Assembly: GCA_022792035.1 (NCBI GenBank)
Contig: JAAWAE010000103.1
Location: 2,257 to 66,256 of the forward strand
Reading direction: 5' to 3'
Source of the DNA: Ruminiclostridium sp.
GTDB lineage: Bacteria > Bacillota > Clostridia > Oscillospirales > Oscillospiraceae
DNA: 64,000 nucleotides
Shown: positions 40,206 to 50,414 of the stretch, piece after piece
Layout of the letters: the number at the start of each line of letters is the position of its first letter
How positions within the stretch are numbered: position 1 is the stretch's first letter
The notes under the pieces: generated by a model
The model's database searches: none
What the model was told of the DNA's origin: nothing
What the model saw: only the letters and a program-made list of their open reading frames with translations
Translations under genes and position numbers: made by a program

Positions 40206-40512
40206 GTACAAGATCGGCGTCCTGGGGGACCGGGAGAGCGTGCTGGGCTTCAAGGCCCTGGGGCTGGAGGTATTTCCGGTCCAGGAGCCGGGGCAGGCCC
40301 GGGCGCTTTTGCACCGGCTGGCCCGGGAGGAGTATGCCATATTATACATCACCGAGACCTTGGCGGCGCAGCTGCCCGAGGAGATGGCGCGCTATCGCAA
40401 GGCGCTCACGCCGGCGGTGATTTTGATTCCGGGGAAAGAGGGGTCCCGGGGGTTGGGGATGGACAATGTCAGAGCGGCGATCGAACAGGCCGTTGGAGCG
40501 GATATTTTGTGA
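40198..40512 (+). CDS. ntpG: V-type ATPase subunit F
   Basis: KIGVLGDRESVLGFKALG, PAVILIP, AVGADIL (subunit F; NtpG in Enterococcus nomenclature). Confidence 0.9.
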   Translation: MSKYKIGVLGDRESVLGFKALGLEVFPVQEPGQARALLHRLAREEYAILYITETLAAQLPEEMARYRKALTPAVILIPGKEGSRGLGMDNVRAAIEQAVGADIL

Positions 40513-40542
40513 CAGTCTGCTTGGGCTGCGGTCTGAACCTGC

Positions 40543-40623
40543 CAAGGGGCGCTGCCCCTTGACTCCGGCAGGGGCGCTGCCCCTGCACCCCGGCACCTTT
40601 TGAAAAAGGTGCACGAAAACTTT
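40543..40623. repeat. REP-like palindromic element inside the V-ATPase operon
   Basis: Two AGGGGC-GCT-GCCCCT hairpins, then GCACCTTT-TGAA-AAAGGTGC and CGAAAACTTT. Confidence 0.6.
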
Positions 40624-40653
40624 GATCGCCCCATTTTGGGAGGAAGATAGCCT

Positions 40654-42429
40654 ATGGGAAAGATAGTAAAAGTTTCCGGGCCTCTGGTGGTTGCCACAGG
40701 CATGGAAGACGCCAGCATGGCGGACGTGGTCCGCGTAGGAGAACAGCGGCTGATCGGCGAAGTACTCACCATGAATGGGGGGACGGCTTCCATTCAGGTC
40801 TATGAGGAGACTTCCGGCCTGGGGCCGGGGGCAGAGGTGGTGACCACGGGCGCGCCTATGTCTGTGGAGCTGGGGCCGGGAATGATCGAGAATATTTACG
40901 ACGGGATTCAGCGTCCGCTGGGTGAGATCATGCGCAAGGCAGGCGGCAGCAGTCTGCCCCGAGGCGTGGAGGTCCCTTCGCTGGACCGGGAAAAGAAGTG
41001 GGGCTTTGTGGCCACCATCAAGCCCGGGACGGAGGTTTCCGGCGGGGATATCATCGGCACCGTTCAGGAGACGCCGGTGGTTCAGCACAAGATCATGGTG
41101 CCGCCGAAGCTCAAGGGCACCATTCAGGAGATCCATTCCGGGGATTACACGGTTTTGGAGACGGTTGCCACCCTGGTGGATCAGGATGGGAAGCGTCATG
41201 CGCTGACCCTCATGCAGAAGTGGCCGGTCCGGGTGGGACGGCCTTATCAGCATAAGTATCCGCCCAAAACGCCGCTTCTCTCTGGGCAGCGGATCGTGGA
41301 TACCATGTTCCCTGTGGCCAAGGGGGGGACTGCGGCCATTCCTGGCCCCTTTGGCTCCGGGAAGACGGTGATGCAGCACGCCTTGGCGAAATGGGCGGAT
41401 GTGGATATCGTGGTTTACATCGGCTGCGGGGAACGGGGCAATGAGATGACGGACGTGCTCCGGGAGTTCCCGGAGCTGGTGGACCCCCGGACGGGGGAGT
41501 CTCTGATGAAGCGGACGGTCCTCATTGCCAACACCTCAGATATGCCGGTGGCGGCTCGGGAGGCTTCCATTTATACGGGCATCACCATTGCGGAGTATTT
41601 CCGGGATATGGGGATGGACGTGGCGGTCATCGGGGACTCCACTTCCCGTTGGGCGGAGGCCCTGCGGGAGATGTCCGGCCGTTTGGAGGAGATGCCCGGG
41701 GAAGAGGGGTATCCGGCTTATCTGTCGTCCCGGCTGGCGCAGTTCTATGAACGGGCGGGGATGGTGGAGTGCCTGGGCAGCCGGGAGGAGCGGCGAGGCT
41801 CCTTGACGGCGGTGGGCGCGGTGTCCCCGCCGGGCGGCGACTTGTCCGAGCCGGTGAGTCAGGCCACCATGCGCATCGTGAAGGTTTTCTGGGCCTTGGA
41901 TTCCTCTCTGGCTTACCGGCGGCATTTCCCGGCCATCAACTGGCTCAACTCCTATTCCCTGTATCTGGATGGTTTGAAGCCCTGGTATGACGAGAATTTG
42001 GGGCCGCAGTTCATGGAGAAGCGGGACAAGGCCATGTCCATCCTCCAGGAGGAGGCCAGTTTGAACGAGATCGTTCAGCTGGTGGGCAAGGACTCCCTCT
42101 CCCCCGGGGACCAGCTGACCCTGGAGACCGCCAAGATGATCCGGGAGGATTTTCTCCAGCAGAACGGGTTTATGGAAGTGGATTGGTATTCCAGCTATCA
42201 GCGCCAGGACGGCATGATGGGGATGATCCTGGACTATGACCGGCTCTGCCGCGCCGCCATCGAGAAGGGGGCGGAGACGGCGGACCTGTTTGCCCTGCCG
42301 GTGCGTGAGCGGATCGGCCGGGCCAAGAGCGTCCCGGAGGAGGAATATCCCGCCGTATTCCGGGACATCGCCCGGGAGATGGAGGAGCAGATCGACGCGG
42401 CGGCGGCCAAGGGAGGCGAGGACCTATGA
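40654..42429 (+). CDS. ntpA: V-type ATPase subunit A
   Basis: [27 protein letters not shown]. Confidence 0.97.
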   Translation: MGKIVKVSGPLVVATGMEDASMADVVRVGEQRLIGEVLTMNGGTASIQVYEETSGLGPGAEVVTTGAPMSVELGPGMIENIYDGIQRPLGEIMRKAGGSSLPRGVEVPSLDREKKWGFVATIKPGTEVSGGDIIGTVQETPVVQHKIMVPPKLKGTIQEIHSGDYTVLETVATLVDQDGKRHALTLMQKWPVRVGRPYQHKYPPKTPLLSGQRIVDTMFPVAKGGTAAIPGPFGSGKTVMQHALAKWADVDIVVYIGCGERGNEMTDVLREFPELVDPRTGESLMKRTVLIANTSDMPVAAREASIYTGITIAEYFRDMGMDVAVIGDSTSRWAEALREMSGRLEEMPGEEGYPAYLSSRLAQFYERAGMVECLGSREERRGSLTAVGAVSPPGGDLSEPVSQATMRIVKVFWALDSSLAYRRHFPAINWLNSYSLYLDGLKPWYDENLGPQFMEKRDKAMSILQEEASLNEIVQLVGKDSLSPGDQLTLETAKMIREDFLQQNGFMEVDWYSSYQRQDGMMGMILDYDRLCRAAIEKGAETADLFALPVRERIGRAKSVPEEEYPAVFRDIAREMEEQIDAAAAKGGEDL

Positions 42430-43808
42430 TAAAAGAATATCGCACCATACAGGAGATCAACGGACCGCTGATGGTGGTCCGGCAGGTGGACGGGGTCACT
42501 TACGACGAGCTGGCGGAGATTGAGCTGCCCGACGGCTCCACCCGCCGCTGCAAGGTCCTGGAGGTCAACGGAGACACCGCCGTGGTGCAGCTCTTTGAGG
42601 CATCGGCGGGGATCAATCTGGCGGCGTCCAAGATCCGGTTTTTGGGGCATCCCCTGGAGCTGGGGGTTTCCAAGGATATGCTGGGGCGGGTCTTCAACGG
42701 CATGGGCCGTCCCATCGACGGCGGGCCGGAGATCTTGGCGGAGGAATACCGGGACATCAACGGTCTGCCCATGAACCCCGCCGCCCGGGATTATCCCAAC
42801 GAGTTCATTCAGACGGGGATCTCCACCATCGACGGCTTGAATACCCTGGTCCGGGGGCAGAAGCTGCCCATCTTCTCCGGCTCCGGCCTGCCCCACAACA
42901 ATCTGGCGGCGCAGATCGCCCGGCAGGCCAAGGTCCTGGAGGACGAGGGGGCCAACTTCGCGGTGGTCTTTGCGGCCATCGGCATCACCTTTGAGGAGTC
43001 GGATTTCTTCGTTCAGGAGTTCAAGCGGACGGGGGCCATGGAGCGCACGGTATTGTTCACGAACCTGGCCAACGACCCGGCGGTAGAGCGCATCGCCACG
43101 CCCCGCATGGCCTTGACGGCGGCGGAATATCTGGCCTTTGAGCAGGATATGCACGTTTTGGTGATCCTCACGGATATCACCAACTACGCCGAAGCCCTTC
43201 GGGAGGTCTCGGCGGCGAAGAAGGAGGTCCCGGGACGCCGGGGCTATCCGGGGTATCTCTATACGGACCTGGCCACCATGTACGAACGGGCGGGACGGCA
43301 GACGGGCAAGCGGGGCTCTATCACCATGATCCCCATCCTGACCATGCCGGAGGATGACAAGACCCATCCCATTCCGGACCTGACGGGGTACATCACCGAG
43401 GGACAGATCATCCTCTCCCGGGAGCTTTACCGCAAGGGGGCCATTCCGCCGGTGGACGTCATGCCCTCCCTGTCCCGCTTGAAGGACAAGGGGGTGGGCC
43501 CCGGCAAGACCCGGGAGGACCACGCCGGGACCATGAATCAGCTCTTTGCGGCCTACTCCACCGGAAAGGAGAACAAGGAGCTGATGTCCATCCTGGGGGA
43601 GGCGGCCTTGAGTCCTACGGACCTGCTCTACGCCCAGTTTGCCGACGAGTTTGAGAAGCGGTATGTGACCCAGGGGCCTGACGAGAACCGGTCCATCCAG
43701 GAGACCTTGGACCTGGGTTGGGACTTGCTGTCCATCCTGCCCCGGGCGGAGCTCAAGCGCATCAAGCCGGAGATGATCGACCGGTATCTGCCAAAGAAGG
43801 AGGCGTGA
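42426..43808 (+). CDS. ntpB: V-type ATPase subunit B
   Basis: [42 protein letters not shown]. Confidence 0.97.
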   Translation: MIKEYRTIQEINGPLMVVRQVDGVTYDELAEIELPDGSTRRCKVLEVNGDTAVVQLFEASAGINLAASKIRFLGHPLELGVSKDMLGRVFNGMGRPIDGGPEILAEEYRDINGLPMNPAARDYPNEFIQTGISTIDGLNTLVRGQKLPIFSGSGLPHNNLAAQIARQAKVLEDEGANFAVVFAAIGITFEESDFFVQEFKRTGAMERTVLFTNLANDPAVERIATPRMALTAAEYLAFEQDMHVLVILTDITNYAEALREVSAAKKEVPGRRGYPGYLYTDLATMYERAGRQTGKRGSITMIPILTMPEDDKTHPIPDLTGYITEGQIILSRELYRKGAIPPVDVMPSLSRLKDKGVGPGKTREDHAGTMNQLFAAYSTGKENKELMSILGEAALSPTDLLYAQFADEFEKRYVTQGPDENRSIQETLDLGWDLLSILPRAELKRIKPEMIDRYLPKKEA

Positions 43809-43811
43809 GCC

Positions 43812-44516
43812 ATGCCGTCCATCCATGTGAACCCCACCCGGCAGGAGCTGACCCGGCTCAAGACGAGACTGCGCACGTCCATCCGGGGCCATAAGCTCCT
43901 CAAGGACAAGCGGGACGAGCTGATGAAGCAGTTCATGGACACGGTCCGGGAGAACCGGGCCCTCCGGGCCAAGGTAGAGGAGGGACTGACCCGGGCTCAC
44001 GGGGCCTTCACGGTGGCGTCGGCGCTGATGTCTCCGGAGGCCATGGAGCAGGCTTTGCTGTATCCGAAGCAGTCGGTGGAGCTGGAGCTGAGTTTTCGCA
44101 ACGTGATGTCGGTGAACGTCCCCGAGTACCACTTCCAGACCAAGAACGACGACCCGGGGGAGGTCTATCCCTATGGGTTCGCGGCCACGTCCGGGGAGCT
44201 GGACACGGCGGTGGACGCTCTGGCCCAGGTGTTTGAGGATATGCTCCGGCTGGCACAGATGGAGAAGAGCGCCCAGCTGCTGTCGGAGGAGATCCAAAAA
44301 ACCCGCCGCCGGGTGAATGCCCTGGAATATGTCAAAATCCCTCAGATGGAAGAGGCGATCAAGTACATCACCATGAAGCTGGATGAGAACGAGCGCGCGG
44401 CGACCATCCGGCTGATGAAGGTGAAGGATATGCTCCTGGAGCAGGCGATCCGGGAGAAGCGGGCGGCGGATCAGCGGGCGGTGGAGACCTTTGGTCAGGA
44501 CGCGTCTGCGCTTTGA
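43812..44516 (+). CDS. ntpD: V-type ATPase subunit D
   Basis: NPTRQEL, RGHKLLKDKRDEL, TRRRVNALE. Confidence 0.95.
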   Translation: MPSIHVNPTRQELTRLKTRLRTSIRGHKLLKDKRDELMKQFMDTVRENRALRAKVEEGLTRAHGAFTVASALMSPEAMEQALLYPKQSVELELSFRNVMSVNVPEYHFQTKNDDPGEVYPYGFAATSGELDTAVDALAQVFEDMLRLAQMEKSAQLLSEEIQKTRRRVNALEYVKIPQMEEAIKYITMKLDENERAATIRLMKVKDMLLEQAIREKRAADQRAVETFGQDASAL

Positions 44517-44537
44517 AATTCGTGTTATAAAGATGGA

Positions 44538-44572
44538 AAACCCCGGAGGCGGAGCTGCCTTCGGGGCTTTTT
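44538..44572 (+). terminator. Terminator of the V-ATPase operon
   Basis: CCCCGGAGGC-loop-GCCTTCGGGG followed by CTTTTT. Confidence 0.75.
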
Positions 44573-44607
44573 CATAGTATTTTTGCGGAGGGACCTTGCA
44601 GGATGTA

Positions 44608-44626
44608 CTAAAATATGATATTTTAG
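44608..44626. promoter_or_regulatory. Putative HigA operator overlapping the -10 region
   Basis: Perfect palindrome CTAAAATAT-G-ATATTTTAG downstream of TTGCAG. Confidence 0.6.
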
Positions 44627-44669
44627 AGGAACAGGAAGTATCGTTTCGGCAAGGATGGCGGTGTAGGAT

Positions 44670-45017
44670 TTGCGGATTAAATATGAGAATAATAAAGTGC
44701 AGCGATATTTTGGCAGTTATGATCTTATGGCTAAAAAAGTAGGCATGGAGATAACGAGAGCCATTAAAAAGCATATGGATAGATTGAATGCGGTAGAATC
44801 ATTTCAGAGCTTTTTGACCTTGGGCTTAGGCAAACCGCATATGTTAAGCGGAAACCTTGCAGGCTGTTATGCGGTTTCAGTAAGCGGCAATATGCGTCTG
44901 ATCTTAAAGCCGGACAGCGATGACCACAGTGCAGGAGCATTGAAGCAATGTAAGGTAGTTATGGTGAAAGGACTAGGTGATTACCATGGAGGAAAAATTG
45001 ACTGGTTTATCCCCTGA
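44670..45017 (+). CDS. higB: HigB-like (RelE/ParE) toxin
   Basis: GKPHMLSGNLAGCYAVSVSGNMRLI and DYH; toxin-first order; AT-rich. Confidence 0.82.
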   Translation: MRIKYENNKVQRYFGSYDLMAKKVGMEITRAIKKHMDRLNAVESFQSFLTLGLGKPHMLSGNLAGCYAVSVSGNMRLILKPDSDDHSAGALKQCKVVMVKGLGDYHGGKIDWFIP

Positions 45018-45258
45018 GCTGCTCATTCACCCAGGTGAGACACTCCAGGAGCTCCTGGAGGACAGAGGGATGGAACAAAGCGTCCTGTCCAAGAGGACGG
45101 GATTTTCGGAAAAGCACATTGGCCAGGTGATGGCAGGGAACGCGCCGGTTACGGAGAGTTTTGCCCGGGCACTGGAAGTGGTGTTTGGAGTGGAGGCCAG
45201 CTTTTGGTTGAATCTGCAATCGAATTATGAGATGGAACTCCTTCACACTTACCAGTGA
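44986..45258 (+). CDS. higA: HigA-family antitoxin (XRE HTH)
   Basis: IHPGETLQELLEDRGM and ASFWLNLQSNY. Confidence 0.85.
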   Translation: MEEKLTGLSPELLIHPGETLQELLEDRGMEQSVLSKRTGFSEKHIGQVMAGNAPVTESFARALEVVFGVEASFWLNLQSNYEMELLHTYQ

Positions 45259-45306
45259 GGCCATCAAGAACAAAAAGCCCGGAGACAGCACGTCCCCGGG
45301 CTTTCT

Positions 45307-45858
45307 TCAACACTCCACGACTAAACCTTCCAACCCCTCTCCCCGCGCCCAGCGGCGGCAATAACTCTCGGTACAGCCCCGATACACGGCAAAACACTGC
45401 CGGGCGGCCTGCTCGTCACCGTAAACCTTCCAGCAGCCGCTTAGCTTACAGGCGCGTCCGCGATGCTGAATGAACCCCTGCACATCTTCCGGAGGATAGC
45501 CCAGAAAGAGACCAATCTCATGGGGGAAGTCCGCCCCGGATGTCAAACGCCGGTTCAGCTCCCGCAGGCACAGAGCCGGACGGCAGCCAGGATACCCCGC
45601 CTGCCGCAGCAGCCGCCGGGCCTCTGGTTCGGCTAGGTCCCGCGCCAGCAGGGCGGGGCGGAAGAGGTACAGCAGGGCATCACTCTCCCCCGAGCGCAGG
45701 GGCAGCAGCCGCAGTCCCCGGGGGGTCAGGATGCGGTTGAGACGACGCAGCTGTGCGGTCAGCTCTGCCCTTCCGGGAAAGGTACAGGGGAATAAATTCC
45801 CGGTTTTCAGGCCCGCCAGGGTCGGGGCGCCGTGGCGGACCACCACTTCGGGACTCAT
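45307..45858 (-). CDS. DUF3793 family protein
   Basis: APTLAGLKTGNLF, FPHEIGLFLGYPPEDV.GF, GCWKVY. Confidence 0.85.
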   Translation of the reverse strand: MSPEVVVRHGAPTLAGLKTGNLFPCTFPGRAELTAQLRRLNRILTPRGLRLLPLRSGESDALLYLFRPALLARDLAEPEARRLLRQAGYPGCRPALCLRELNRRLTSGADFPHEIGLFLGYPPEDVQGFIQHRGRACKLSGCWKVYGDEQAARQCFAVYRGCTESYCRRWARGEGLEGLVVEC

Positions 45859-46139
45859 ACAGCTGCGTGCTGCCGCAGCACGTCCCGCAGGGCGGACATG
45901 GAACTGGTGCGGCAGCGGACGATGGTGGAGTTTCCGCCGCGGGTTTCGTTGAGAGCGTTTTGGACCATTTTGTGGGAGATGGTGTCGGTGAAGAGCACCA
46001 GCAGGTCTGGACTGCCCAGGCGTCCTTTGAGACTGCCGCCCAGCTTGGGGAATACTTTGGCGGAACAGTCGAAGCTCTGACACAGGCTCTTGTACTGGCG
46101 GACCATACACTCATTTCCGCCTAAAATTACGACGCTCAT
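45855..46139 (-). CDS. DUF2325 family protein
   Basis: MSVVILGGNECM, PDLLVLFTDTISHKMV, SSMSAL. Confidence 0.85.
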   Translation of the reverse strand: MSVVILGGNECMVRQYKSLCQSFDCSAKVFPKLGGSLKGRLGSPDLLVLFTDTISHKMVQNALNETRGGNSTIVRCRTSSMSALRDVLRQHAAV

Positions 46140-46293
46140 GGAAGCGCCTCCTCTCTTTTTGCGAATTAGCCTTCGCTAACTCGCTGTTATTTTTTACGTC
46201 CCCGCTTGGGGGACGATTTTTATAGAGATAGTGTGTCCGGCTGGCAGCGGCTTTTGCAGGGAATTGCTGGAGACCACGCCAGACGATCTAAGG

Positions 46294-46325
46294 GTTAGCA
46301 TACACTAACTCCGAAAAAAAGTCAA
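46294..46325 (-). promoter_or_regulatory. Promoter with an overlapping GTTAG-N6-CTAAC box (putative DtxR-type metal repressor site)
   Basis: TTGACT-17-TATGCT; palindrome at 46294-46309; related copy at 46165-46180. Confidence 0.6.
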
Positions 46326-46344
46326 GTGCTTTTCTCGGATTTTG

Positions 46345-46373
46345 TTGACAGCGGACTGTGGGTCTGCTATACT
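46345..46373 (+). promoter_or_regulatory. sigmaA-type promoter
   Basis: TTGACA-17 bp-TATACT with extended TG. Confidence 0.8.
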
Positions 46374-46443
46374 AAGGGCAGGTAATATATTTTGCAGCAA
46401 CTATATTTTTCTCAGTAGATTTCAACAGTAGAGGAGGATTCTC

Positions 46444-47271
46444 ATGAAGCGAAGCTATTTTGACACCCTCACCCGAGCTGCCCGCTGGCATCTGCCCCCC
46501 GATGAGGCCCAGGAGGTCTTGGAGGATTACGCCGCTCTGCTGGCGGAGCCTCCCCGCTCCGAGGAGGCCCTGCGAGAGGAGGTGGGCGACCCCGTGGCGG
46601 CGGTGCGGGCCTTGGTGGAGCCGAACCATTACCGCCGCTGGCTGCTGGTCTTCGGCGTGCTGACAGCTTGGATTATGCTGCCGGCGCTGAGTATACTGTG
46701 GGTGCCGGGTGGGCTGCCGCTGTTCTCGGTCCTGGACGATTTTCTTCAAGGCTTATCCCGCCTCCTGCCCTTCCCGGTGATGCCGCTGCTGGGACTGACG
46801 GTGGGGGTCTTACTGGCTTTGCTGTGGTTCCGGCGGCAGGGGGCTAAGATGGGACCCCGGCCCCGGGGCCTGCTGCCCCTGCTGCTGCTCCCCCTGGCGG
46901 GGATGGCCCTGGTCTGGTGGGTGGCCGGGATGCTGATGTTGGACACAATCCGTCAGGAGAGTTGGTACATCTTTTCTTCCATTCCCCCGGACATTGTCGG
47001 ACTGCTGGTTTCCGGCGTGTTGGGCTGGAGCGGTTTGGCGATTGCCCTTTTGGGGCTGTGGGCCCTGGTCCAGGCCAGGGTGGCGGACCGCCGCTGGGCG
47101 GCGCTGTTCATCCTGTGTCTGGCGGAGGTGGCCCTGGCGATGGCTGTGCTGTCCTTGCTGCACAGCCTGAATTTGGACGGCATCTCCACTGGTTGGTGGA
47201 ATCCCTTCATAGGGGAATACTTGACCATCACCCTCCTGGGCCTCATCGGAACGGGGGTGGCCCTGTGCTGA
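46444..47271 (+). CDS. Membrane protein with an N-terminal HAAS/DUF1700-like domain
   Basis: EAQEVLEDY...EEVGDP pattern followed by 6-7 TM helices; coupled to a PadR gene. Confidence 0.7.
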   Translation: MKRSYFDTLTRAARWHLPPDEAQEVLEDYAALLAEPPRSEEALREEVGDPVAAVRALVEPNHYRRWLLVFGVLTAWIMLPALSILWVPGGLPLFSVLDDFLQGLSRLLPFPVMPLLGLTVGVLLALLWFRRQGAKMGPRPRGLLPLLLLPLAGMALVWWVAGMLMLDTIRQESWYIFSSIPPDIVGLLVSGVLGWSGLAIALLGLWALVQARVADRRWAALFILCLAEVALAMAVLSLLHSLNLDGISTGWWNPFIGEYLTITLLGLIGTGVALC

Positions 47272-47567
47272 AAAAGGACATCCTGGCCCTGTGCCTGCTC
47301 CACCTGCTCACCCAGGGGGACCGCTACGGCTATGACCTGCTGCGTCAGCTCCGGGCTGGGTTTCCCGACACCCAGGAGAGCACGCTCTACGCCCTGCTGC
47401 GGGCTTTGTGCCGGGAGGGCTATACCCAGCAGTATCAGGGCGCGGTGTCCGAAGGGCCAGTACGGAAGTATTACCGCCTCACCCCGGAGGGACAAGCACG
47501 CTATACCGCACTGCTGGAGACCTGGCGGGCGCTGCGGGAGACGGTGGCAGGGCTGGGGGTGGAGTGA
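47265..47567 (+). CDS. PadR-family regulator
   Basis: GTG start; DRYGYDL, ESTLYALLR, GPVRKYYRLTPEG. Confidence 0.85.
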   Translation: MLKKDILALCLLHLLTQGDRYGYDLLRQLRAGFPDTQESTLYALLRALCREGYTQQYQGAVSEGPVRKYYRLTPEGQARYTALLETWRALRETVAGLGVE

Positions 47568-47635
47568 CCCCTGCCGCCAAAGCATCAAGACAAGCCCAAA
47601 AACGGACCGTTTTTTTCGCGGACCGTTTTTTCTGC

Positions 47636-47697
47636 TTGACATCCTCGATCATCGAGAATATAATAGGGATGAAAGATATTCTCGATATTCGAGAATA
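47636..47697 (+). promoter_or_regulatory. sigmaA-type promoter with two putative PadR operators
   Basis: TTGACA-17-TATAAT; palindromes CTCGAT-C-ATCGAG (47644-47656) and TATTCTCGA-TAT-TCGAGAATA (47677-47697). Confidence 0.8.
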
Positions 47698-47716
47698 CAG
47701 GAGAGGGGGCCCAGCC

Positions 47717-48037
47717 ATGCCGCGGGGAAAATTCCAGACCCTGACCGAGCAGATGTTTTACGTCCTGCTGTGCCTGCGCACCGAATGCTACGGCATGGAT
47801 ATCCTGGACCGGGTCCCCAACATGACCGGCGGACGGGTCAGCGTAGGCTCCGGGACCCTTTATAACCTCCTGGAGCAGTTCGCCCAGGCGGGGATGATCC
47901 GGGAGACCAAGGTGGAAGGCCGCCGCCGCAGCTATCTGCTCACCGACAAAGGCCGCGCCGCCCTGGAGCGGGAATATCAGCGCATCTGCGCCCAAGCCCA
48001 AGACTACCGAAACGCCATGGAGGAGGGAGAGCTATGA
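47717..48037 (+). CDS. PadR-family regulator
   Basis: LTEQMFYVLLCL, YGMDI, GSGTLYNLL, RRRSYLLTDKG. Confidence 0.88.
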   Translation: MPRGKFQTLTEQMFYVLLCLRTECYGMDILDRVPNMTGGRVSVGSGTLYNLLEQFAQAGMIRETKVEGRRRSYLLTDKGRAALEREYQRICAQAQDYRNAMEEGEL

Positions 48038-49400
48038 ACACGAAATGGAGATGGGAGAGTTTTTCCTTTTACGACCGCAGCGGCATCGTCCGCCGCCTGG
48101 AGGCCATGGCCGCCCAGGGCTGGATGCTGGAGGACATCACCCCCGTGGTCTGGAAGTACCGCCGCTGTCCGCCCCGGCGCCTGCGCTTCGCGGTGACATA
48201 TTACCCAAAGGCCACCATCTACGACCCCGCCCCCTCCCAGGAACAGGAATTTTTCTACGAGCTCTGCGCCCACGACGGCTGGGAGCTGGCCGCTTCCTCC
48301 GGGGAGATGCAGATCTTTTGCAACGACTATCCCGCCCCCACCCCCATCGAGACAGACCCGGGGCTGGAGGTGGAGACCATCCATAAACTGGCGTGGAGAC
48401 GGCTGCTCCTGCCTTGGGGACTGCTGCTGATCGTCTCCCTGTGCGCCGTCATCAAGACCGGTTTCTCTTTTTGGAACGAGCCCCTGGATATCCTTGCCAG
48501 CGGCGGGAGCTTGACGGCCTTTTGCGCCGGACTTTTATGCCTGCCCCTGAGCGCGGCGGAGCTGTGGCGTTACCTCAACTGGGAGTCCCAGGCCCGTCAG
48601 GCGGCCCAGCGGGGGGTGTTTCTGGAGACGAAAAGCCGCTGGCGGCTGCAAGCCTTCGTGCTCCTGGCCCTGCTGGCCTGCCTGATCAGCTGGATGCTCA
48701 CCAGTCCCCGTCGGAGTGGTATCTGGTGCTGGGGGTCCTCCTGGCGGTGCTGCTGGCCGCGGTCCTGCGGGTGTTCATGAAGTGGCGGGGGGTGGACGCG
48801 GAGATGAGCCAGGGGGCGGTGTACTCCGTCCTGATGGGGACGGTTTGGTTGGTGGTCACGTTCTCCCCCCTCCTGCCCCTGGAGCGCCAGACCGGCGTCT
48901 GGGAATGGGAGCAAAACGCGCCCTTGTCCACGGTGGAGATGATGGGACATGAGGAAGGTCCCAGGTTTTTCTGTCAAGGCCAGAAGTCCGTTTTGATGGA
49001 GCGGTTTTGGTACACCGAACCTGCGTTCTACGGGGAGTATTATTCCTTTTCCGTCAAAGAACTGTCCTATACCGTCAACATCCCCCGCTTTGCCCCTCTT
49101 TACGAGTTCGGTCGGATCGTCCTGCTTTGGGAATGGGGGGATGGGGTGCGCAAGCACAGCGAGAGTATGGACCCCGGGCCCTGGGGGGCAAAGGAGGCCT
49201 ATCAGTGCTTCGACCTCTATGAGCGCGAGTATGTCCAATACCATTATTTGCTCTTTTACGACCAGGTTTTAGTGGAGCTGGATTTACGCAGGGAAGTTAC
49301 CCCGGAGCAGATGGCTGTAGTGGCAGCGTGTTTTCAGGATTTAGACCTAGAACAAAAAGCCCTGTTTGGAAAAACCTTCGGAGAGGAGGCAGAGCGATGA
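48034..49400 (+). pseudogene. DUF2812-domain membrane protein split by an apparent frameshift near 48706-48709
   Basis: N-half (LEAMAAQGWML, DGWEL, PIETDP) is in one frame and the C-half (SEWYLVLG... to 49400) in another; one extra C joins them; may be a sequencing error. Confidence 0.65.
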
Positions 49401-50254
49401 ACGAGACCAAGCGCACCCTGGAGACCCTTTCCATCTACGACCCGGAAGCGGTGGTCCGCCGGCTGGAGACCATGGCCCAGCGGGGCTGGCTCATCCAGAG
49501 GATGGATTATCTGGGCTGGCACTATCAGCGCATCGAACCCCAGGTCATCCGCTTTGCGGTGACCTATGACCCCAAGGTCCGCCCCGCCGCCGGGGAGGAG
49601 GCGGAGGGGGACAACGTGGTGGATTTCTGCGCCCGGAACGGTTGGACGCGGGTGCTCACCTGGGAACAGCTGGTGGTCTACCGCCACGAGGACGCGGACC
49701 CGCCTCCCCTGGAGGTAGACCCCGCCCAAGCCCTGGAAGCCCTGGAGACAGCGGACAGCAAGGAACGCGTCCTGGTCTGGACCCTGCTGCTGCTGGCGGG
49801 CCTGCTCTTTACGGGGATGCTTTTCGCGGCCTGGTACGGCGGCGGGCGGCATCTGCTCTACAACCGGGATTTCCTCCTCCACCCCATCGAAGGCTGTCTT
49901 TACCTGCTGCTGGCGGTGGTGGAGCTGGGCTGGTGTGTTCGGGGCCTGCGGGGCGGGGATGAAGCCTATCAGCGGTTTCTGCACTCCCCCTTCCGGCGCT
50001 GGCTGCGGCGGGGGGTACTGGCGGCGCTGGCGGTGTGTATGGGCTATAAAGTCCTGACCATCCCCCTGACGGAGTGGATCGGGTTTTGGGACCTGATGGT
50101 GGACATGGCCGTGCTGTACTTCGGCTCCCAGGGGGAGCGGCAGGGGCGGATGATGGGCCTGGGGACCACGCTGATCCAGATCCTCTGTTTCATGGGGCTC
50201 TTCCTGGTGCTGCTGGTGGTGGCGATGGTTTGGAATATGCGGGTGATGGCGTGA
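49397..50254 (+). CDS. DUF2812-domain membrane protein, second copy
   Basis: RRLETMAQRGWL, RFAVTY, NGW, PLEVDP; ATGA overlap with the previous gene. Confidence 0.8.
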   Translation: MNETKRTLETLSIYDPEAVVRRLETMAQRGWLIQRMDYLGWHYQRIEPQVIRFAVTYDPKVRPAAGEEAEGDNVVDFCARNGWTRVLTWEQLVVYRHEDADPPPLEVDPAQALEALETADSKERVLVWTLLLLAGLLFTGMLFAAWYGGGRHLLYNRDFLLHPIEGCLYLLLAVVELGWCVRGLRGGDEAYQRFLHSPFRRWLRRGVLAALAVCMGYKVLTIPLTEWIGFWDLMVDMAVLYFGSQGERQGRMMGLGTTLIQILCFMGLFLVLLVVAMVWNMRVMA

Positions 50255-50414
50255 GCGGTCGCCTGGACCCTGCGGAGACGTGACGGCCCCGACTGGCCGG
50301 GGGAGGGGATGAACGCCTTTTGCCCCCGTCCATGAGAGAAAACCCTTGCCTTTCCCGCAAAAATGCGGTACCATCGTTTTATTGAGCGCCCATGGCGCGC
50401 TGGGAGGTAGGAGC

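Noticed and set aside
40543-40612. CRISPR mini-array
   Set aside because: Only two short palindromic copies about 25 bp apart, no spacer-sized unique sequence and no cas genes
42234-44774. 846-aa minus-strand ORF and similar long antisense ORFs (e.g. 54756..57137, 35656..37500, 16594..18330)
   Set aside because: Stop-poor shadow frames typical of high-GC coding DNA; they overlap well-supported genes and show no motifs
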